A stretch of 64,000 nt of DNA, from NCBI GenBank assembly GCA_963748625.1, contig CAVVJT010000007.1, positions 1,184,001 through 1,248,000 of the forward strand, read 5' to 3'. The notes under the pieces were generated by a model that was not told where the DNA came from, did no database searches, and worked only from the letters and a program-made list of their open reading frames with translations. Position numbers and translations under genes: made by a program. Below are positions 1 to 8,344 of this stretch, in pieces. Source of the stretch: an uncultured Chloroflexia bacterium. GTDB taxonomy: Bacteria > Chloroflexota > Limnocylindria > Limnocylindrales > CSP1-4. Numbering within the stretch: the first letter of the stretch is position 1; the number at the start of each line of letters is the position of its first letter.

Positions 1-181
1 CGCCGAGCTGGACGTGCATCAGGCCCGGCACCGAGTCGGTGGGCTTGGCGTTCTCGTAGTAGTAGCGGCCCTGGATGAGGCTGCTGGCGCAGTTGCCGAC
101 GCCGACGACGGCAACGCGAACCTTGCGCCCCTTGCCGGGGGCGCGATCGGTCGTGCTCATGGGTACTCCGCGAGGGCAGGA

Positions 182-811
182 TCAGCCCTGTTGCTGGGCC
201 GCCTGCTTGAGGGTCACGACGACGCGCTGCACGGTGGTGATCGCGGCGAGCACCGCGATCAGGCCGAGGGTGAACCCGAGGATGCCGATGTTCACGCCGG
301 CGAGGCAGACGCCGATGGTGAGGATCACGAGACGGACCTCGCGGGGGGCGAGGCCCACGGCGGCCATGCCGGTACCCGGGGCGAACCCCAGGCTCTCAGC
401 ACGGGCGCGGGTGTAGCTGACCATGAAGGCCATCGACATCGCTGCGGCCGACAGGATCGCGCCGATGTCGTAGCCGGCGAAGAGGCACCCGGCCGTGAGG
501 CCGATGTACACGACGCCCTCGCCCCACCGGTCGAAGGTGGAGTCCATGAAGGCGCCGGCTTTGGAGGTGGAGTTGGTGGCGCGGGCGACCATCCCGTCGA
601 ACATGTCGAAGATGCCGCCGAAGATGATCAGCAGGCCGGCCGGAAGCCAGGCCTGCAAGCCTGCGACGACGGCAGCCACGACGGCGATGCCGAAGCCGAT
701 GATCGTGATCGCGTTGGGGGAGAGGCCCAGGCGGACGAACAGCCGTCCGATGGGCTCTGCCAGGGCGCGGACCTTGGCCCGCATGTCGGGCGAGACGAAC
801 GAGCCGCTCAC
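182..811 (-). CDS. CDP-alcohol phosphatidyltransferase (PgsA / phosphatidylinositol-phosphate synthase-like)
   Basis: Family motif D-x2-DG-x2-AR...G-x3-D-x3-D (DMFDGMVARATNSTSKAGAFMDSTFDR); several hydrophobic helices. Confidence 0.9.
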   Translation of the reverse strand: MSGSFVSPDMRAKVRALAEPIGRLFVRLGLSPNAITIIGFGIAVVAAVVAGLQAWLPAGLLIIFGGIFDMFDGMVARATNSTSKAGAFMDSTFDRWGEGVVYIGLTAGCLFAGYDIGAILSAAAMSMAFMVSYTRARAESLGFAPGTGMAAVGLAPREVRLVILTIGVCLAGVNIGILGFTLGLIAVLAAITTVQRVVVTLKQAAQQQG

Positions 812-1173
812 GATGCGTCCTCCGCCGTTCCCCGGCCGCTCGGTTCCAGCCCTAGCGCCCGTGCCTGCCGGGTGGCGAACATCGTGAAGGCCTCCGTCTC
901 GAGGGAATGGATCGTCTCCCGGCCGTTCCGTCGCGCGGAGACCAGCCCGACCTCACGCAGTTTAGAGAGATGCCAGGAGACGAGGGGCTGCGAAAGGCCG
1001 ACCTGGTCGACGAGCTCGGTGACCGTGGCCGGATGATCCGCAAGCACCCGGATGATCCGCAGCCGGTTGACGTCGGCCAGCACCTTGTGGACACGTCGCA
1101 GCTCGCGCAGGTCGTCGGGCTGGACGACGGCTGCGGCGAGCGTGCTCCGGATCCGTGCGGGTGTGGGGGACAT
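808..1173 (-). CDS. ArsR/SmtB family transcriptional regulator
   Basis: LADVNRLRII...TVTELVDQVGLSQPLVSWHLSKLREVGLV...RNGR winged-HTH signature; overlaps the start of the downstream gene. Confidence 0.88.
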   Translation of the reverse strand: MSPTPARIRSTLAAAVVQPDDLRELRRVHKVLADVNRLRIIRVLADHPATVTELVDQVGLSQPLVSWHLSKLREVGLVSARRNGRETIHSLETEAFTMFATRQARALGLEPSGRGTAEDAS

Positions 1174-1217
1174 CGAACGACCGGTTCCTCCGGGAGCGTC
1201 GACACCGCCGTGGTACT

Positions 1218-1277
1218 CATCAACGACGGTTTATATCAACGGTCGTTGATGCTAGGCGCGCGGCGTGGACCTGTCAA
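1218..1277 (-). promoter_or_regulatory. Sigma70-type promoter for the arsR operon with tandem ArsR-type operator boxes
   Basis: Minus strand TTGACA(1277-1272)-N17-TAGCAT(1254-1249); ATCAA-N6-TTGAT at 1235-1250 and ATCAA-N6-TTTAT at 1219-1234. Confidence 0.7.
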
Positions 1278-1301
1278 CCCCCTCTGACGCGCTTGTCGTG
1301 A

Positions 1302-3095
1302 ATGGCTCTCCCGCCTCTGGAACGGCTCGCGGTGGATGCGCCCTACACTCGCGCGGTGGATCGACTCTCGCGGCGTGACTCGCTCGTCCTGCTCGGCGTC
1401 CTGGGGACCGGGGTGTTCCTGGCCGGCCTGGAGCTGATGATCACGGCCGTCGCGCTGCCGGCCATCGTGACGGACCTCGCGGACTGGACCCGCCTGCGCG
1501 AGGCGTCCTGGATCATCAACGGCTACCTGCTGGTCTATGTCGTGACGATGCCCCTTGCCGGCCGTCTCGCCGACCTGTGGGGCAACCGCCGGCTGTTCCT
1601 GGCGGCGCTGGTCATCTTCACCGCGGGCTCGCTGCTGGCAGGCGCCGCCCAGTCACTCGAGCAGCTCATCGTGGCCCGCCTTGTCCAGGCGGTGGGCGGT
1701 GGCGCCCTGGTACCCGTGGCCACGTCGGCAGCGTCCCACCTCTTCCCCGGCGCCGCGCGGCCGCGGGCCCTGGGCGTCATCGCCTCGCTGACCTTCCTGG
1801 GCATGGCGGCGGGTCCGTTCCTGGGGGCCGCGATCCTGGGCGCGCTCAACCCGGCGGCTGCCCTCTCGCGCATCGGTGCGGACCCGGGCACCCCGCTCGC
1901 TGCGCTCCTCGCCCCCGCCTGGCGCTGGGTGTTCTACGTCAACGTGCCAGTCGGGATCGTCGCGCTGGTGATCGCGTGGGCCGCCAGCTCGGACTGGGAG
2001 ACACCACGGCGGCAGGGTCGCGTCGATGTCGTCGGCGCGCTGCTGTTCTCGGCGTTCCTGGTGGGCATGCTCGGGGCACTCACGCTCCTGGGCAGCCGTG
2101 CCGGCCCGGACGGCGGGCTCGATCCGCAGACGGTGTCGCTGGTGCTTGCCGGGGTGGCCGTCGTGGGGCTCGTGGTCACGATCGGGCGCGGGTTGCGTGT
2201 CCCTGACCCATTCCTGGACCCGCGCCTGTTCCGCTCGCTGCCGTTCTCGTCGGCAGCGCTGGTGTCGCTGCTCACGGGATACGGGCTCGCGACCGCGATC
2301 GTGGGGGCGGCGGTCTTCGTGGACCGCGTCCTGTACGGCGGACCGGACGAGCAGCGCATCGCCCTGGGTGCGCTGGCCGGCGCGACGGCCGTCGGCGCCC
2401 TGGTGTCGGGGTTCGCGGTCCGCGTGCTCTCACTGCGCCTGGTGACGCTCGCGGGTCTGGTCGCGTCGGTCGCCGCCCTGTGGTGGATGGCCGGCTGGAC
2501 GCCCGCCACGTCGGTGGAGCAGGCAGCGCTGGCGCTGGCGGTCTTCGGCTTCGGCTTCGGCATCACCGTCACGCCCCGATCCACCGCCGCGGTCGAGGCG
2601 GTGGCCCCGAGCGCCTACGGCATCGCGTCATCCACGGTCACCGTGGCACGCATGGTCGGGATGGCCGTCGGCCTCGCGATCCTGACCGCCTACGGATCCA
2701 CGACCATCGACCGCCTCTACGACCAGGTCTACGCGTCACCGGACGCGTACAAGCAGTTCGTTCCGGACAGCCTCACCGACCGTCCGCTCAAGGACGGCCA
2801 GGTGGTCGAGGCGCTCGAGCAGTGGGCGGCAGGCGAGGCGGCCCGGATCATGGTCGGCATCTTCATGGTGGCGGCCGTCGTGACCGCCGTGGCCATCCCG
2901 CCCGCGCTGTTGCTCGACCGCCGGAAGCGTATGCTCGGCGACGCCGGGAGCGACCCGGTGCCAACGGGAGCCCCCAAGGCCGATGCCGGATCCCAGCCAG
3001 CCGACGCCGCACCCCAGCCAGCCGACGCCGCACCCCAGCCAGCCGACGCCGCACCCCAGCCAGCCGACACCGCACCCCAGCCAGCCGACGCCTGA
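1302..3095 (+). CDS. MFS transporter, DHA2 (EmrB/QacA-like) family; likely true start GTG at 1356
   Basis: WIINGYLL, motif A GRLADLWGNRR, RLVQAVGGG; about 14 hydrophobic segments. Confidence 0.88.
   Translation: MALPPLERLAVDAPYTRAVDRLSRRDSLVLLGVLGTGVFLAGLELMITAVALPAIVTDLADWTRLREASWIINGYLLVYVVTMPLAGRLADLWGNRRLFLAALVIFTAGSLLAGAAQSLEQLIVARLVQAVGGGALVPVATSAASHLFPGAARPRALGVIASLTFLGMAAGPFLGAAILGALNPAAALSRIGADPGTPLAALLAPAWRWVFYVNVPVGIVALVIAWAASSDWETPRRQGRVDVVGALLFSAFLVGMLGALTLLGSRAGPDGGLDPQTVSLVLAGVAVVGLVVTIGRGLRVPDPFLDPRLFRSLPFSSAALVSLLTGYGLATAIVGAAVFVDRVLYGGPDEQRIALGALAGATAVGALVSGFAVRVLSLRLVTLAGLVASVAALWWMAGWTPATSVEQAALALAVFGFGFGITVTPRSTAAVEAVAPSAYGIASSTVTVARMVGMAVGLAILTAYGSTTIDRLYDQVYASPDAYKQFVPDSLTDRPLKDGQVVEALEQWAAGEAARIMVGIFMVAAVVTAVAIPPALLLDRRKRMLGDAGSDPVPTGAPKADAGSQPADAAPQPADAAPQPADAAPQPADTAPQPADA
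2992..3092 (+). repeat. 21-bp tandem repeat, about 4.7 copies (cccagccagccgacgccgcac)
   Basis: Directly visible; encodes PQPADAA repeats at the MFS C-terminus. Confidence 0.9.
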
Positions 3096-3105
3096 CGACC
3101 ACCTC

Positions 3106-4071
3106 GTGTGGCCGCGCATCCGGGGCGTGGCGTGGACCCCGTCCGGGCATCGCGAGATCGCGGGCAGGTCCGGGCTTGCGGCGGCGCTCGCCGATCCCGA
3201 GGCCCGGGTCTGGGTCGATGTCACGGCGCCCGCCCACGTCGCGGTGCACGACATCGCCGAGCTGCTCACGCTCCACCCGCTGATCATCGAGGACATCGCG
3301 GAGCGCAACCAGCGCGCGAAGATCGAGGAGATCGACGGGACGCTGCACGTGGTCCTGTTCGCGATCCTGTTCGAGGGCGAGGTGGCGGAGATCGAGATCG
3401 ACATCGTGCTGAACCACCGCTCGCTGCTCACGGTCCATGAGCCGGGCTGGGACCCGTTCGCCCTGCCCCAGCTGCGCGGAGGTGCCGCTCCCCACCTCAA
3501 GCGGGGCGTGGACTTCCTCCTGTACGCCCTGTCTGACGGCATCGTGGACGCCTACTTCCCGGTGCTCGACCGGATCGAGGACGAGATCGATGCGCTCCAG
3601 GACGACGTGGTCCGCAAGCCGACGACCTGGACGCTCGAGCGGCTGTTCGCGCTCAAGCGCGAGCTGATCGGGCTGCGCCGGGCGATCACGCCGGCACGCG
3701 AGGTCTTCAACCAGCTCACCAACCGCGACCAGGGGCTGGTCGCAGACGACCACCTCATCTACTTCCGCGACGTCTACGACCACCTCATCCGTGTGACCGA
3801 TGAGCTCGACAACGACCGCGAGCTCGTGAGTGGAACGCTCGAGGTCTACCTGTCCACGATCAACAACAACCTGTCCACGATCATGAAGCGGTTGACCGGG
3901 GTCACGGTGATCCTGGCGGGTATCGGGGCGGTGGCGGGGATCTTCGGCATGAGCGAGGCGGCGCTGGCCCTGGGGAGCGGCGAGGGCGCGGGGTTCTGGG
4001 TGATCGCGGGCTTCATCGTCGGGGGTGCCTCGCTGACCGCGTTCGTCCTGCGCCGGATCGACTGGATCTAG
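3106..4071 (+). CDS. CorA-family divalent cation transporter (start uncertain; frame open from 2983)
   Basis: LHPLIIEDI...QRAKIE, YFRDVYDHL, MKRLT, two C-terminal TM helices with GMS where GMN is expected. Confidence 0.88.
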   Translation: MWPRIRGVAWTPSGHREIAGRSGLAAALADPEARVWVDVTAPAHVAVHDIAELLTLHPLIIEDIAERNQRAKIEEIDGTLHVVLFAILFEGEVAEIEIDIVLNHRSLLTVHEPGWDPFALPQLRGGAAPHLKRGVDFLLYALSDGIVDAYFPVLDRIEDEIDALQDDVVRKPTTWTLERLFALKRELIGLRRAITPAREVFNQLTNRDQGLVADDHLIYFRDVYDHLIRVTDELDNDRELVSGTLEVYLSTINNNLSTIMKRLTGVTVILAGIGAVAGIFGMSEAALALGSGEGAGFWVIAGFIVGGASLTAFVLRRIDWI

Positions 4072-4330
4072 GCAGCCCGGCGCGGCGAGGCGATCGCCGG
4101 GTCCTCGTGCGCGAGCAGCAATACTCCGGTACCGGACTGTCGCGCTGATGCCCCCCAAGCACTACGAAGGCCATACTGGGGGCGCCAACGGGGCCAGGAC
4201 GGTCGTCTTGGTGTCCACCGGGCAATGCCACGACATCGCGAGCCGGGTCTATTGCCTGAAACGCATCCGCCACGCCGGCGCGACGCCGGACGCCGGACGC
4301 CGAGGTCGGGGGTTGCGCGCGGACTGAGCC

Positions 4331-5167
4331 TCAGCCGCAGGCGACCGGCTTCGGCTTGGGGTGCGATTCCTTGTAGCCGGCGTCGTCCACCGAGATCGGC
4401 AGGGCCCGGACCTGGGTCTTGCCGGGTGTCCCCTTCGGGCCCTCCGAGGTCTGGAGCCAGAGCTCCTGCCTTGTCGCGCTGACGGCATCGTCGAGCGACG
4501 TCTGGTGGAGGCGGACCTCGCGGATCTCGTAGAGGTAGACCTTCGCGTCGTCGGTGTAGACCTGCACCACCATCCCCAGCATCTTGCGCGGCGTGCCCTT
4601 CTCGATCGCCAGCCGGTAGATGGGGCCGAACATGCCGTCACGGGCGTGCGAGTAGATGTAGGTGGCGCCGGCCCGGCCGGGCCGCCCGAGGTCCCTGAGG
4701 GGCTTGCCCAGGTTGTCCATGTACATCGCGACGTTGCACAGCGGGTAGCCGTTGTTGCCCGGGATCACGGGAATGTCGATGTTGAGCGCCGGGACGACTA
4801 CGCGCGTCGCGTGCCCGTTGCCCAGCTTCGGGGTGGCCGTTGGCTTGGGCTTTGTGGTCGGCTCCGTCGACGGCGAGGTCGACGGCGATACGTCCGGCGA
4901 TGCATCCGGCGAAGCCGGGACTGCGGCGGTGGGGTCGGGCGAGACCGCAGTCGAGGGCTCGTCGGTGGGCGAGGCGAGGGCGATCTCCGGCGTGGGCGAC
5001 TCCCCGGCCGGCTCCATCGTGACGATCACGTCCGACTGCTCGGGCCGGGTGCCGGCCTGGCTCGGGTTCGCGTACGAGAGCAGGCCCGCGGTGATCAGCA
5101 CGACACCGGCCGCCGTCAGCAGCGCGGGCACGATGCGGGTGCCGAAGGCGGACGCAAGCTTCCTCAT
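4331..5167 (-). CDS. Sortase-fold membrane-anchored protein with atypical catalytic motif
   Basis: N-terminal TM, Pro/Ser/Thr linker, RVVVPALNIDIPV, YIYSHAR (catalytic His position), LWLQTS at the TLxTC position. Confidence 0.65.
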   Translation of the reverse strand: MRKLASAFGTRIVPALLTAAGVVLITAGLLSYANPSQAGTRPEQSDVIVTMEPAGESPTPEIALASPTDEPSTAVSPDPTAAVPASPDASPDVSPSTSPSTEPTTKPKPTATPKLGNGHATRVVVPALNIDIPVIPGNNGYPLCNVAMYMDNLGKPLRDLGRPGRAGATYIYSHARDGMFGPIYRLAIEKGTPRKMLGMVVQVYTDDAKVYLYEIREVRLHQTSLDDAVSATRQELWLQTSEGPKGTPGKTQVRALPISVDDAGYKESHPKPKPVACG

Positions 5168-5237
5168 GACGCCTGCATGCTAGTCGAGGTGGGCGAATGA
5201 CGCCGATCCCCCGTTGGTGCTGGTACGCTCCCGCACG

Positions 5238-5963
5238 ATGGGTGGGAAGCTCGCAGTCACATTGGGTCTCGTGGCGGGGGTCGTCGCGGGTGGGATGCTG
5301 GTTGCCGGCGCCATCGCGCTGGTGCCGGGGCCGGCTGCGTCACCGGTGCTCCCAGCCGCCCCGTCTGTCGTTCCGGTGACCATGCCGCCTGACGCTCCGG
5401 GCCCAGGGACCACACCCGGTCCGAGCATGGTCCCTGCCAGCCAGTCGCCGGCAGCTCAGTCGGCGGCTCCGTCTGCCTCGCCATCGGCGGCTGGAGCGTC
5501 CGCCTCGCCATCGGCGGCTGGAGCGTTCAACATCGGCCAACCCGCACCACCGCTGCAGCTGCCGGCCGTGGGTGGCGGCACCGTTGATCTCGCCTCCCTG
5601 CGCGGCAAGCCCGTGTGGGTGAACTTCATGGCCACGTGGTGCCTGCCCTGCCGCGATGAACTGCCGCTCATGCAGGGGTACGCCGCCCGCTACGAGGACG
5701 AGGGGCTCGTGACCCTGCTGGTGGACGTCGGAGAGGACGAGGCTGCCGTCAAGGCGTTTCTTGACGAGCTCAACGTCTACCTGCCGGCGGCCCTCGACGC
5801 CGATGGCTCCACCCAGGGCGCGTGGGGCGCGGCTGCGCTCCCGGTCCACTTCTGGATCGACGCGGACGGGATCGTGCGCGAGTGGGCGCTGGGCGGCCTG
5901 GGCCCGGACCTGATGACCGTCGGCCTGCAGGCGATCATGCCGGGCGTGGAGGTCACGCCGTAA
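5238..5963 (+). CDS. TlpA/ResA-like thiol-disulfide oxidoreductase, membrane anchored
   Basis: LRGKPVWVNFMATWCLPCRDE (WCxxC), cis-Pro motif ALPVH; N-terminal TM. Confidence 0.88.
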   Translation: MGGKLAVTLGLVAGVVAGGMLVAGAIALVPGPAASPVLPAAPSVVPVTMPPDAPGPGTTPGPSMVPASQSPAAQSAAPSASPSAAGASASPSAAGAFNIGQPAPPLQLPAVGGGTVDLASLRGKPVWVNFMATWCLPCRDELPLMQGYAARYEDEGLVTLLVDVGEDEAAVKAFLDELNVYLPAALDADGSTQGAWGAAALPVHFWIDADGIVREWALGGLGPDLMTVGLQAIMPGVEVTP

Positions 5964-6027
5964 CGGCGCGCTGGAGGACCCGTCGCCCAGGGTTCTGCGA
6001 CGCGCCCGTCCTTCCCGCCTGGGGCGA

Positions 6028-6812
6028 TCAGGCGCCCAGGAGCAGGCCGATCCCCTCGTTGACGAGTCCAACGGCGAACACGGCGAGGAGCAGCGCAAGT
6101 GCGCGCATGACCCTGGTGTAGCCTCGGCCGCTGATCCGTCCCCGGGCGCGTCCCGTGGCTGCAGCGACCACCACCTTCGATCCCACCAGGCAGGTGTAGA
6201 AGCCGGCCAGGAACGCCACCGCTGCCGGGAGTCCACCCACGGCGAAGGCCGCCAGCATGGTCGGGGAGCCGACGGCGATCCAGAACAGCCACGGGTGCGG
6301 GCTGAGGGCGTTCACGACCGCCCCACGGGTCCAGGAGCGCGGGGTGGGAGTGCCGGGAGTCCTAGGCGTGCCGCCCGTGTCCTCGGCCGGCGCCGCCTGC
6401 GTGACCGGCGCCGCCTGCGTGACCGGCGCCGCCTGTGTGAGCGGCGCCGCCTGCGCTGGGCCGCGCTGGCCGGCGCCGCCTGCGTGACCGGCGCCGCCTG
6501 CGTGGCTGGGGCACCAGGCGGCCGGGCACGCCACGTGTCCCAGGCGAGCCACGCAACGACCAGGGCGCCCACCAGGGCGATGACGCCAAGTGCAACGTCG
6601 GACCCCGCCAGCACGCCCACCAGCAGCGTGCAGGCGGCCACGATCGGCACGTCGGTCAGCAGGGGGGCCATCGCGATGCGGGCGCCTTCGACGGGTCCGT
6701 GGCGCAGCGTCTGGGTGATCACGAGCGCCAGGAGCGGTCCCGGTGACAGCCCGGCAGACAGCCCGAACAGGGCTCCGGTCGCGAGGGCTGCCAGGACAGG
6801 CGCGGCGTCCAT
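6028..6812 (-). pseudogene. LysE-family translocator, frameshifted near 6460 (possibly a sequencing error)
   Basis: N-half GLSPGPLLALVITQTLRHG in one frame; C-half GAVVNALSPHPWLFW in another; the junction lies in a repeat tract. Confidence 0.75.
6388..6504 (-). repeat. 18-bp tandem repeat (VTQAAP) inside the LysE gene
   Basis: About 5-6 copies of gtgaccggcgccgcctgc, one interrupted. Confidence 0.85.
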
Positions 6813-6861
6813 CTGTGCGCGAGGCGGACCGCCGGATCACGGCGGTCCCCGTGCGTGCCGC

Positions 6862-8334
6862 CTAGCTGATCGCCGCGGCGGCGGTCCCGACGATCGTGAG
6901 GAGGATCTCCGGGAAGAGGCCGAACACGATCGTGAGCACCGTGGCAACCGTCAGGCCGGCCCAGACCAGCCGACCGTGGCGCATGACCACCGGTTCGCCC
7001 TCCGCGTCGCGCATCCACATGTAGACCACGACACGAAGGTAGTAGAACGCGGCAACCGCGGCATTGAGCATCGTCACCACGGCGAGGACGGTCATCCAGC
7101 CGCCGGCGTTGACCGCGGCCAGGATCACGTAGAACTTGCCGAAGAAGCCGGCCGTCGGCGGGATGCCGGTGAGGCTCAGCAGGAACAAGGTCATCAGGAT
7201 CGCGAGCTTGGGCTCGCGGCGGATGAGGCCGGCGAACGTCGAGAGGTTGGAGGTCACACCCTGGCGGCGCTGGATGGCCGCGATGACCGCGAAGGCGCCC
7301 AGGTTCATGAACGCGTACGCCGCGCCGTAGAACAGCAGCCCCTCCAGGCCCAGGATCTCGCCCTGTGCGAACGCCGCCAGGCCCACGAGCATGTAGCCGG
7401 TGTGCGCGATGGACGAGTACGCCAGCATGCGCTTGACGTTGTCCTGCGTGAGCGCGACCAGGTTGCCCAGGGTCATCGTGAGGACCGCGAGCACCATGAC
7501 GACGGCACTCCAGTAGTCGGCGGAGAGCGGCCCGAGGGCCTCGCCGAACAGGCGGAGGATCAGGGCGAAGGCACCCACCTTCGGGCCGACCGACAGGTAG
7601 CCGGTGACCGGCGTCGGGGAGCCCTGGTACGCGTCGGGCGTCCAGTAGTGGAACGGGACGGCCGCGATCTTGAACGCGACACCCGTCATCAGGAAGGCAA
7701 GCCCGAGGCCCAGGCCCGGTGTCATGGCGACGGCGCCGCTGGCCATCTGGGTCATGACGGCCGCGACGCCCGAGATGCTCGTGGTGCCCGTGAGACCCCA
7801 GACGAACGCGAGGCCGAACAGGAAGATCGCGGACGAGAAGGAGCCCAGGAGGAAGTACTTGATCGCACCCTCGGTGCTGTAGCCGTCGGTCTTGTGGTAC
7901 CCCGCGAGGATGTAGCCCGGCAGGACCATGAGCTCGAGGCCCAGGAACAGCACCAGCAGGTCCGCGGATGCCGCGATGAGCATCGCGCCCGACATTGCGA
8001 ACGCGAGAATCGCAGCGAACTCGGGCACCGGCAGGCCCCGTGCCTCGAGGTAGTCCGGCGCGAACATCATCGTGAGCGCGACGATCGCGATGAACAGGAT
8101 GTCCAGGAAGGTCGTCAGCGGGTCGACGATGTAGACCCCGTTGAAGGCCGTGGAAGTGGCGCCGTCTGCGCCGACCATCAGGGTCAGGGCCGCGGTCAGC
8201 CCCAGGCCCAGGAACGTGGTCAGCAGCGCCGGGACCTTGCGGCCCGGGAAGATGAAGTCGACGATCAGGACCGCCGCCGCGACGAGGACCGCCGCGATGA
8301 AGGGCGCGATGACGATGACGTCGGAGAAGCTCAC
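6862..8334 (-). CDS. nuoN: NADH-quinone oxidoreductase subunit N
   Basis: EGAIKYFLLGS, FKIAAVPFHYWTPDAYQG, KRMLAYSSIAH. Confidence 0.95.
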   Translation of the reverse strand: MSFSDVIVIAPFIAAVLVAAAVLIVDFIFPGRKVPALLTTFLGLGLTAALTLMVGADGATSTAFNGVYIVDPLTTFLDILFIAIVALTMMFAPDYLEARGLPVPEFAAILAFAMSGAMLIAASADLLVLFLGLELMVLPGYILAGYHKTDGYSTEGAIKYFLLGSFSSAIFLFGLAFVWGLTGTTSISGVAAVMTQMASGAVAMTPGLGLGLAFLMTGVAFKIAAVPFHYWTPDAYQGSPTPVTGYLSVGPKVGAFALILRLFGEALGPLSADYWSAVVMVLAVLTMTLGNLVALTQDNVKRMLAYSSIAHTGYMLVGLAAFAQGEILGLEGLLFYGAAYAFMNLGAFAVIAAIQRRQGVTSNLSTFAGLIRREPKLAILMTLFLLSLTGIPPTAGFFGKFYVILAAVNAGGWMTVLAVVTMLNAAVAAFYYLRVVVYMWMRDAEGEPVVMRHGRLVWAGLTVATVLTIVFGLFPEILLTIVGTAAAAIS

Positions 8335-8344
8335 CGTGGTCCTC

